This document shows, in pieces, positions 23,800 through 33,820 of a stretch of 33,820 nt of DNA. Both the position numbers and the translations under genes were made by a program. The stretch is from Octopus bimaculoides (taxonomy: Eukaryota). The first letter of the stretch is position 1. Each line of letters starts with the position of its first letter. A model generated the notes under the pieces. The model was not told where the DNA came from, ran no database searches, and saw nothing but the letters and a program-made list of their open reading frames with translations. The stretch lies in the NCBI RefSeq assembly GCF_001194135.2, contig NC_068986.1, forward strand, positions 14,403,043-14,436,862, written 5' to 3'.

Positions 23800-24062
23800 G
23801 TGCATGTGTATGTGTGTGTGTGTGTGTCTGTGTGTGTGTGTGTGTGTGTGCGTGCGCTCACCTGTGGACATGTGTCAGTGTGTGTTTGTATGTTAGCTTG
23901 TGGTTTATGTGGCTGTCAGTATGTGTGTTTACGTGTGTTTGTAGCTGTGCATGGGTGCGAATATGTGTGTGTGTGATTTCGTGTGTATGCATATCTCTGT
24001 GTGTGAATATGTTTGTGTTTTCAAGTGTGTGCATGCGCGTGTGTCTGTGTCTGTGAGTGTGT
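23800..24062 (+). repeat. Degenerate (GT)n tract
   Basis: Directly visible. Confidence 0.93.
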
Positions 24063-24527
24063 AGCGGGGGGAGGGCGAATGGTTTAATGCTTAAAGGCTT
24101 AACTGAATTTTGCACCAAAAGAGTAATAAATCTTCAGGAAATTTACTTTGGAAGCGTTCTGCTTCCATCGTTGCTATGGGCCCTTACACACTTCGGCAAA
24201 AAAATTGTGATGTTGATGGCTTAAATATCGTAAACAATCGGGTCGGATGTGAGTTCTTGAAACCAATGTGTAAAGAATGTATAGAATCGAGCTCTTCCTT
24301 CTCCTTATGAGGTCCCTCCGTTTCAGTCCCTGTGTAACACAGCTCCAATGATGTTTAGTCAAACAAACGCAGAAAGCGCTCCTTTCTAAAATACAAAGCC
24401 TAATGCTTATTGCGCGAACGTATCGCGAGTGATCTAGTAAGTATTTACAACTAAGATATACTTGACGGTTCAATCTGTACCAGTGATATATTGAGGTGGC
24501 AAATACGTGGTATTGAACAAGTGTTAC

Positions 24528-24647
24528 CAAACCACATGTGTGTCAATACGGTTGTTATTGGTTCCATCCCCCCTGCTGTCCGTGACCCTGTGGTTGATGA
24601 TTTCCACAGTGCGAAATACCACAGCTGTGCTTTTGTTAGATGCCATT
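24528..24647 (-). CDS. Candidate internal exon, 120 nt (phase 2-2 reading MASNKSTAVVFRTVEIINHRVTDSRGDGTNNNRIDTHVV; a phase 1-1 reading is also open)
   Basis: Strong acceptor ccctattttctgcag|, donor TG|GTAACA, length divisible by 3. No homology recognised. Confidence 0.35.
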
Positions 24648-25292
24648 CTGCAGAAAATAGGGTTTCGTAACATCTCCGTGCTACCAGATCACATCTAATG
24701 CATCCGTATCCTGACAAGAATTATATCTGTTCAGATGATACGGAGTTTGAATTATATTCAACCAAACACACGATGAAAGAAGCACGCTATGTACAGGCAC
24801 ACATGCATAGATACACACTTACTCACATATAGATATACATACATATATATATCAACCGTTCCACTCTTCTTTCTTTCGTTCCCCCTCACTTACATTTCAT
24901 GGCTTTCTCTTCATTCTCACCTTCCTTTCTCTTTCATTTCACTCTGTCCCTTTTCTGTTTTTCTCGTCCCTCCTTAATTGTTTTATCTCTCTGCCTCTAC
25001 CTCTCTCCTCTCTCGCCACGTGACCGGTATTTAGCCAAACCTAACCTTTCTTTCTTGGTTGGACTACCATCCGTGCAACATCTATATTTCTCCACATGCC
25101 TGTCATCACTTATGTCCCTGCCGTAAGGCTTCACTTCTACACACGCCAGCTTAATTCAACTCGTCCTTTGTCGAAAAACACCCGTTGTTAATGTCCTGTT
25201 TTGCATTTCTATTTGTGTACCATTTATCCGTTTTTTCGCCTCCTTTTTTTTTCTTATTCGTTCGCTGCTTTCTTCCAAGGAATCTATTGCTC

Positions 25293-25493
25293 TTAACTTA
25301 GGTTTTCCTTGCTGCTATCCAGATTGGAGCAATCTCGAGTATAACCAGCCGAAATTGCAAAGATAATCTGGAACTCGAATGAGGAGAAAAAACTCCGAAT
25401 GACCCGTCCTTGTCCCATTGTTTGTATTCCTTTACACACATAAACACACACAAACACAGACACACACACACATACACACACACACACACACAT

Positions 25494-25524
<31 letters not shown>

Positions 25525-25812
25525 CATGTATATGCACATAGATACAGACGTACGTACATACGTACATATAAACATGTATAAATACAAACATATATACATC
25601 CATATATATACATACATACATACATACATACATACACATATACATACATACATACATACATACATACATACATACATACATACATACATGCATAGAAAAA
25701 ATACGCAGTTGTTGATACTGAAATTCCAATGATGGATCCTTAGATCTTGGTTAGAAACCAGTTCTTTCTCTGTTGGCAAGAAATCTTGAAAGAAAAAAAA
25801 CTGAATAATGAC
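25293..25812 (+). repeat. Interspersed module(s) around a (CA)n/(CATA)n tract; third copy of the 10221 module at 25703-25812
   Basis: GTTGTTGATACTGAAATTCCAATGA...GTTAGAAACCAGTTCTTTCTCTGTTGGCAAGAAATCTTGAAA matches 10221-10322 and 10384-10470. Confidence 0.85.
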
Positions 25813-25841
25813 ATATATATACATATATACATACATATTGA

Positions 25842-26053
25842 TTCGAAACTTTGGTATAACGCCAGCAATTTTGGGGGAGAGGGATAAATCGAGTGCACCG
25901 ACCCCATTGTTCAACTGGTACTTATTTTACGGAAACCGAAATTATAAAAAGCAAAGTCGGCCTCAACCTTATTCGAACCCAGATTACAAGGGCCGAAAAA
26001 TGACGTTAAGTATCCCCCCCCCCGTGTGTTAACTATTCTGCCACCTCGCCGCC
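25842..26053 (-). mobile_element. SINE family B copy
   Basis: The reverse complement starts GGCGGCGAGGTGGCAGAATAGTTAACAC and contains AAAATAAGTACCAGTTG. Confidence 0.8.
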
Positions 26054-26537
26054 TTTTATGATCACAGCATTAAAACAAATCATGGTAATGGTGCCAACGT
26101 TTGAGCCGTTCGACTGGTTCACACTTCATAGATCGCGGCGCGATTGCTGAAATCCATTGCAAGGAAATGTTTCCTCTGTTCTTAATGTCCGATGCAAAAT
26201 TACAATTTTACAGTTGCCTCTGAAAAATCGTTATACACAAATGTATATACTGACAGTGATGAGACGACGGGAAGTTTGCGGCCATTGGAAAATTGTGCAT
26301 CTATGTGTAAACTATACATACGGATATATAGACATTGGGATTATAAAGACGTTTAAGGTCGGATGTCTCGATTTATTTCAGAAATGTTATCCATGCGATG
26401 TTGAATAATTTGCCTTGTTTGATAATCTGTAATTCAACGTTATAGATTACACGTTATAAAGTGAAAATTGATTTTAGTATTACATTCAGCCAGAGTAAAT
26501 ACTGAAGAGATTACGAAATAGAAATTTGTAATCTCAC

Positions 26538-26713
26538 CCGCGCTGATTCCATGCCTGCCCGCCACCCCACTGTACGACTACATCTAGTGATATTGATGAA
26601 GTGGATGCTGCTGCTGCTGTTGCTGCTGTTGGTGTTACTGTTACAGATGTGGCTGCTGAGTTGCTACTGATGTTGTTACTGCTACTGTGATGGTGGCGAT
26701 GTTGAGAGCGCAT
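26538..26713 (-). CDS. Candidate 5' coding exon (MRSQHRHHHSSS...AAAASTSSISLDVVVQWGGGQAWNQR), ending in phase 2; true 5' boundary unknown
   Basis: Donor GG|GTGAGA falls exactly before the in-frame stop. S/T/A/H-rich frame is open back into the (CAT)n tract; it could also be non-coding low-complexity sequence. Confidence 0.3.
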
Positions 26714-26769
26714 GAAGGTTAATGGCGCTGATGTTGTTGGTGTTATAATTGAAGCTGAGGTTGATGGCA

Positions 26770-27115
26770 ATGATAATGATGATGATGATGAACATGATGA
26801 CCGTGCTGGTGGTGATGGCGGCAGTTTCTTGTTATTGTTGGTAGTGACTGCTGCGGTTACGACGATAACATTGATCATGGTCAATGTGATAGCAACGATG
26901 ATGGAGATGTTGACAATGATAATGATGATGATGATGATGATGTTGATGATGATGATGGTGATGATGATGATGATGAGTATGATGATGATGATGACGATGA
27001 TGAAGATCATGATGATGACGATGATGATGACGATGATGATGATGATGATGATGAGGAAGAGGAGGATAATGAATTGTGATCATGATGATGATGTTGATGA
27101 CGACGACAACGACGC
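26770..27115 (+). repeat. Degenerate (GAT)n tract
   Basis: Directly visible. Confidence 0.95.
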
Positions 27116-27527
27116 CTGAGATGAGATCAAGTTAGTCACTACCGCAATATAGCAACATGCACTCTGTTTTAATATTAGTGAATCGTCAGGTCATCATATT
27201 CATCCATCCTAGCGATGGAACAAACACCTAAAGGTTGCACAACTTACAACGTTTCAATCAATTTCCTAACAGAAAGCAACGACTTTTATCGCAACTCTTT
27301 GCCTGACTTGTTTACTGTAATTTAATGTGCGAAATTTGCAGAAACAACATTGCACCCGTTCCAACATCCAAAGCTTTATCTCTATTCCTTCACTTTCAAC
27401 CCCGCCCCTCCACTTTCCTTTTTGTTTTTCTTTTTCTTAAAATTACGAGGTAACATTAATTTCGTAGTTGCTGTCGTCATTCGGTTCTATTCTTGCCATT
27501 GCTATTGTTGTGGCTGCTAACACCCCA

Positions 27528-27933
<406 letters not shown>

Positions 27934-29250
27934 TTCCATATACGCTCAACAGATTAAACTGTTGGTAAAACATAATTCCCAAGATCGGGCTACACAAGTA
28001 GACATAGATGACAAGAACTTTCCTAAATATTCCAGCTGTCCCTAATAACACTGTTCCCTGCAGCTCTACTGAACTAGGTTTTATGCCTAATTCCTCTATC
28101 GATCTGATCAAATCATTAAGGATAGTTCCTAATGCACCTATAACTACAGGGATGCATTCTTCCCTTCTCCATAGTCTCTGGAATGGCTAGGCACTCGTAC
28201 TTTGCTATCTCCTCTATACCTCTCATATTCACTTCCTCATCATTTGGGACTCTAAAGTCAGATCTCTGGCTCTTTTTATTCTATTTGTGTCCTACTACTA
28301 AATCCCTCCTAGATTCTATTATTCTGTTCGTCTGAATATTAAAGTCGCACAACGTCTTATAATTTCTATCTTTGTAGCACTTTATTTCGTTCATGTTCAT
28401 ACCATTCATTTGTACGGCCAAATCTCAGTTTTCTATATAACTCCCAGTGGATTACTCCCCCTAGGTTGTCGTCTTGTATTCGTTCTGCGCCAATTTGCTA
28501 CATTCACTTACTATATGAATAAGACTTTTTTGATTTACATAACCCACATCGTAAATCTATCTGGTTGCTGTCTATCTTGGCTTTTATCCAATGTATTCTT
28601 TTGTCCATGCATTCTTTTCTTTATCCACCTATTTTTAGTTTCATTCATTCTCAATTCCGTGTACAGCGCTTTATCTTTGCAATTTTCTATCCTACACAAG
28701 CCTGACCTTCTTACTTCTAATAATAGCGGTTCTGTGGCTTTCTATATACCATGCTATGTTGATTTCTTCTCCCCATTATTTTTCTTGGTACATACAGCCT
28801 ATCGGTGTCACTCTTTTCGTGGAGTATTCCATATCTACTTGGCAACTTCCTTGTCTTTCTGTCTAAGCTGTTTAGTTCGTCTACTGTCCATGCGATTACC
28901 CCTACTCCATAACTAAGCAGTGAAACCGTCAAGGTGTTGATAGCGTCAATCTTAGTCCGTTCGTTTAATTCCGACTTAAGGATCAATCTCAGACTGCGCA
29001 GGTACACCACCTTAATTTCTTTATGTCATTTTTTCTCATGAATTTATCCATATCCAAAATCTCCAAGTACTTATAGCCCATCTTTTCTATCTACTTCGCA
29101 ACTTCCCCACGACGGTATCGATAGAACGTCCATACATTTGATTTTGCCTGTCTTCAAGATTAACACACCAAACTTTCTCTGTCCGAACACCATTCTGATA
29201 TCAACACTGAAAGTATACACCGTATCAAAGAAGGAACTGATTTGGGATTC
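27934..29250 (-). mobile_element. 5'-truncated, decayed non-LTR retrotransposon with restriction-like endonuclease (R4/Dong-like clade)
   Basis: Manual translation gives late RT (SQISSFFDTVYTFSVDIRMVFG...GYKYLEIL), thumb (ILKSELNERTKIDAINTLTVSLLSYGVGVIAWT...DRKTRK...DRLYVPRK), CCHC knuckle (CGLCK...IHIVSECSKLAQNEYK), RLE (DFNIQT..IIESRRDLVV...KY) and C-terminus IPVVIGALG...VLLGTAGIFRKVL, followed by a short 3' UTR. Confidence 0.9.
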
Positions 29251-29269
29251 ATCATCATCATCATCTTCA

Positions 29270-29343
<74 letters not shown>

Positions 29344-29360
29344 ATTATCATTATTATTGA
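29251..29360 (+). repeat. (ATC)n-(ATT)n microsatellite
   Basis: Directly visible; abuts the LINE 5' truncation. Confidence 0.98.
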
Positions 29361-29984
29361 TTTACCACGAATCCGAGCAACGAACGACGGTTAGACGGTA
29401 GGTAATGACCGATGCGATAAACACATTGGCCACCTCCACCCTCTCTTTAAGGGGCAAGGAATGTTAGGAAATTATAAATTATAATGTTACGTTAAACAGG
29501 TAAACAGTTTTTCATGCTGCACTGTAAGATCAGGATGAAGCCCATTGTCAAAATAGGGGAAGCTAGGTGTTATTAGCCAAATTGTGAAACTATAACAAAT
29601 TCGCTAGACCTTGACAAACCTTGGCGGCGAGCAGGATAAAAGGGTTACTATTTCTTTCAGATTTGCGTTCTGTCATCAATTTCGGTTGGGGTCGACTCGG
29701 CCCTTCATTGTTTCGTTGATAAATAGCTAGTTGAGGACTGAATTCTTTGTAATCGACTAAAATCTTCCGATAAAATTGCTTGTCTAGTGCTAAAATTGGA
29801 GAGCATTATTGATATTATGGTTATTAAACGAGAGCAGTGCATTTCATCTAAGTTACACTGGGGAACAAATATACGAAGCCCAAAATACACATCATGATTA
29901 GTCGTCAGATAAATGTACATCAGGCACATACATCACAAACATATATGCGCGACATGCAGCCCTCACATGAAACTGAACAGTACA

Positions 29985-30290
29985 GGACCTTACTGGTGGG
30001 GCCCAGTTAGTATTTTCTTCATGTCGTGTAGTCCATCCTGTTCAAAAGGTCCATGAATAGGGGTAGTTTAAGGATGATAAGTGAAGCAGTCATATTTTCA
30101 GAGGTGAGCTTTTCAAACCTTAACATATCTCTATAACCACAGGCCTAAGATGCTCCCTTTTACTCCCGTGTTTGGTCAGAGGCGTACAGATGGTCAGCCA
30201 CTAGAAGACTTCCTTAAATGGTTAAGGCCAAGCAACTGGCAAACAAATCTGTGATATTAAGTAGAAGATTTGCTGTAGCACATATTTTGC
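29985..30290. mobile_element. Probable diverged interspersed repeat of unknown class
   Basis: Recalled as a recurrent octopod repeat; single copy here, so it cannot be confirmed internally. Confidence 0.3.
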
Positions 30291-30359
30291 GCCAAGACAA
30301 AACATGTACGATAAAAACTTCCAACCATTAAAGGTAGAGATCACGAAAGCCACTGCCTA

Positions 30360-30480
30360 TTCTTGTTCTTGTTCTTGTTCTTCATCTTCTTGTTCTTGTT
30401 CTTGTTCTTGTTCTTCTTGTTCTTCTTCTTCTTCAGCTCCTCCTCCTCCTCCTCCTCCTCCTCATCATCATCATCATCAT
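30360..30480 (+). repeat. Compound microsatellite (TCTTGT)n-(TCT)n-(CCT)n-(CAT)n
   Basis: Directly visible. Confidence 0.97.
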
Positions 30481-30919
30481 AATTTATGGTTTCCTTTCAT
30501 TACAACTGTATTTCTCTCGTTTTTGTTGTTGTTGTTAAATTGATCGTTAACTTTATTGACCGCTTACTCTTTTATATTTCAGATTGCGCCTCTAAGAATG
30601 TATTTTCTTCCAGGCTTACTTCCATAACTCAGGAAATAATAAAACTTCCCTTTAGTACGGAAAAGATTCATATTATGTGAACGCCAATTCAATCATCCAA
30701 CACGGGAAAAAAATGTTTTATTTCAAATATCATTATTTTTCATTATAACGGGTTGGATAAAGTGGGGACTCGCCACGTCTTGGAGCCGGTGTATAATTTC
30801 TCTCAAACATTTTAGGTATTTGTAACCTTTTAAAAACTCATTTTTCGCCTTTATATTTAATGCGTTGAAGGTAATGTGGGTTTGTAAACTCTGCATTTGG
30901 AGGTGTTATTTAGTAAAAT

Positions 30920-31000
30920 TTACGCTTTCAGTTCAAATCTGGATAAGATTCACATAAATATTCTTTCGAGGTCGATGAAATAAGAAGTATTTTAGTAAGT
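30920..31000 (+). mobile_element. SINE family B internal fragment, very diverged
   Basis: AGTTCAAATC...CTTTCGAGGTCGATGAAATAAG. Confidence 0.5.
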
Positions 31001-31521
31001 GACGACAGCATCGAGAAGAACAAGGACGAAGATTATAGAAAAGTTTGTTGATGGCGGGAAAAAAAAAATTCAATTGAAATACTTTCTTGGGCAATAAATA
31101 TATCTAGATCCAAACTGGAATTGCTTGACAGAAATCTAGCGAAAGCTATGAGCTGCATTACAGAGTTGCTGTTTCAAAGTATTTGATAAATGTGATTCAA
31201 TGTTGCAAAAAAGATGTAGAGATGCGAGATGGAATGAGTAAATGAATTATCAAAGAGATGCTGCTTGCCAGAAGAAAAATATAATGAAAAAAGCAGAAAA
31301 CAAATGATTAAAGATTATTTATGACTTGGGAAAATGTTGGCAGGGATGTCGGGAGTACGAAAGTAATATGCAAGGATACATGTTAAAATAGCATGTAATA
31401 TATAAAACAAAACAAAACAGAAACAGTTAGTGAGAATGGATGAGACAGAATGGCGATGCGGAGCGTGCGGAGGAGCAGAAAGCGTGATGTTACGAAGAGA
31501 AAGAGGTAACTAGAGCAACAT

Positions 31522-31524
<3 letters not shown>

Positions 31525-31595
<71 letters not shown>
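31525..31595 (+). repeat. (GA)n microsatellite
   Basis: Directly visible. Confidence 0.98.
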
Positions 31596-31954
31596 TTGTT
31601 TGAGTGAAACAGTGTTCTATTAAAAGTAAGATATATGTTGCCTTGGATCTGCGTTGGTGGAGATATAATAGTAAGATTAGACTGATTGATTGTATCATGA
31701 ATAGCTTATGGAATAATATGTCGTAAATACTGAAGCGTTAACTGCACAAGCTCGTAGATCTACTGCAGATTAGGCAGTATAAATAACTAAAATTTTAAGT
31801 TGCTTATATCGCATATAAAACAATAGAATTGTACGAACTGTAGTTAGCAACTGCGAAAAAATCTCAGTATTCTAGGTCAAAAGTATTATCTATTATTTGG
31901 AATATATGGATCAGTAAAATACCTTGTCTTCTAAATTCAATACTGGTGAAAGCA

Positions 31955-32129
31955 TGGCGGTGAGCTTGCAGAATTGTTAATACGCCATACAAAACTAATG
32001 CTTAGCAGCGTTTCGTCCGTCTTTAAGGTGTGAGTTTAAATTCAGCTGAGTTTGACTTTTTCTTTCATCCTTACGGAGTCGATAAAATAGTACCAGTTGA
32101 GTGCTCGGATCGATGTAATCTACTTACCA
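31955..32129 (+). mobile_element. SINE family B copy
   Basis: TGGCGGTGAGCTTGCAGAATTGTTA...TTTCATCCTTACGGAGTCGATAAAATAGTACCAGTTGAG. Confidence 0.85.
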
Positions 32130-32577
32130 TATTCCGTTTGAATTGTCTAAAGAAACAACAGAAATCTCCATGATAACCAGTTATATTCAATGAAATATTC
32201 GTATTATCCGCTTAACGTTCGATAAATAGCTTTTACACGAGGTATTTTCTTAAAAAACATAATATATATTCTCACGATCACAAGCTCAACTTCTCACATG
32301 ACGGGACTTTAGAACGAGTTTTAGTGGTCGATTATCTCCGAGCTTTTGTCTGTGGATTGGCATATCCCGCGCAGCAATTATTTTGTCATTCTGTCAGATA
32401 ACCTCCAGCACGTTAAACCACGTCTTTTTCTCCCGGGATATAATACTGCTGACTTTATGGTAATTGCATGACAGTGATAAGTTCCTAATTGATGCCGGTA
32501 TAAATAGTCTCTGTTAAAATTACACAGAAAATTACAGAAGTCATAGACTACGCAGAAGCGACTCGATTCTGTAATTA

Positions 32578-33640
32578 TTAGGTTGTTCCGAAAATAATGG
32601 CCGATTTCAGAAAAATAATTTTATTCTGGAAAAATTAACAATAGAAATGTTTTGATTAGTCAAAGTATGAACCGTGAACATCTATGCATCTCTGCCATCG
32701 ATAACGAGATTATTTATGCCTCATTGATAAAAAAAAAAAAACTTATTGGCTTTGATGCTAAGAAATCTTTGAAAGCTGATTCCACCTCTGGTTTGGACCT
32801 GAAAGTTTAATCACTTAAAAACGTGTTTAAATGCTTACAAAATGGTAGTCAGTGGGTGAAAAATTAGAAGAATATGGAGGATGTGGTAATGTCTCATATC
32901 CCAAGTCTGTGAATTTCTGCAGCGTCATTCTTGAAACATGTGGCTTTGCATTATCGGGGAGTAGGATTGGGCCACCCCGATTCACCAATGCAGGTCTTAT
33001 TTTTTGCAAGTGAGCATGCATTTCAGTGAGTTGATTGCAGTAAACCTCTGCTATAATGCTCTGATTGGCTTCCAGAAAGCTGTAATGGACAACACCAATT
33101 TCAGATCACCAGACAGTCACCGTAATCTTTTGCTGATGCAACTTTGGTTTTGGGAAATGTTTGGGGGACTCACTACAATCGAGCCATTGACCTGATCGTT
33201 TACGGTTGTCATAAAGGACCCACTTTTCGTCACGAGTGAGTATTCGGCCAAGGAGTGGATCATTGGTGCTTCGCAGAAAGAGCATCGAGCACACATCAAA
33301 ACGCAGAACGTTTTGATTTTCATTGAGCTCATGCGGTACCCATTTATCGGGATTTTTCACCTTACCAATCTTCTGCAGATTGCAGGAGACCGTTGCAATA
33401 CTGATATCAGGTGCCTGAGGCCTTTCTCTGATACTTTGCCAGGAGTTTTGTTCATTATCAAGACTACATGACCTGCCTCTATCTTCTTCATTTTCAAGGC
33501 TCTCATCACCACTACGAAATTTCTGAAACCGCCTTCGAACTGTGCGATCACTTATGGTCCCCTCTCCCCATGCTTTGTTGATATTGGAAGCAGTTTGGGA
33601 GGCATTGTGCCCAAGCTTAGAATTGAAAGAAGAGGATAAT
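32578..33640 (-). mobile_element. Decayed mariner (DD34D) transposon with 3' TIR and TA TSD; 5' end lost into a microsatellite
   Basis: HTH (KLGHNASQTASNINKAWGEG), WVPHEL, TRDEKW, PDNAKPH and HPPYSSNFSPTDYHF (34 residues between the last two D) in one frame with one stop, then frameshifts. TIR TA|TTAGGTTGTTCCGAAAATAATGGCCGATT at 32576-32606. Confidence 0.95.
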
Positions 33641-33645
33641 GAAAA

Positions 33646-33749
<104 letters not shown>

Positions 33750-33820
33750 TGTTTCAAGTATATTTTAGAAGGAAATACAACAAATATATATTACTAAACA
33801 TGTATATATATATATATATA

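Noticed and set aside
24528-24560. PIN-domain-like IDTHVVWW created by the hypothetical splice to 15162
   Set aside because: Depends on an unproven junction; no other PIN acidic motifs are visible.
24174-24700. LTR integrase-like fragments (LDSIHSLHIG; GISH...HQPQGHGQ)
   Set aside because: They appear in the wrong order and in different frames, with no RT, RNase H or LTR nearby.
32530-32576. 10-bp inverted repeat AATTACAGAA/TTCTGTAATT beside the mariner TIR
   Set aside because: Short and AT-rich, with no TSD or second copy; compatible with chance.

Overview
AT-rich, repeat-saturated eukaryotic scaffold with seven N-gaps, each flanked by microsatellites. The SINE-like families and dense (AT)n/(CA)n/(CATA)n/(AAT)n/(GAT)n tracts match my recollection of octopod cephalopod DNA; I could not verify this. 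Most ORFs in the supplied track are artefacts of gaps or microsatellites. Well-supported contents: a decayed DD34D mariner (32578-33640, -); a 5'-truncated RLE-type (R4/Dong-like) non-LTR retrotransposon (27934-29250, -); a short RTE-like LINE 3' fragment; an internally deleted Tc1/mariner element with TIRs and TA duplications; and more than 15 copies or fragments of several tRNA-headed SINE families. There is also a weakly supported chain of minus-strand exons from an unidentified gene. The most interesting object is at 3460-4390. It is a tRNA-headed short retroelement that carries an internal (AAT)n tract and a minimal type I hammerhead ribozyme motif (4266-4311). It sits head-to-head with a second, core-mutated copy across a perfect 19-bp fold-back. 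No CRISPR, rRNA or intact tRNA gene is supported. All alignments and translations were done by eye.
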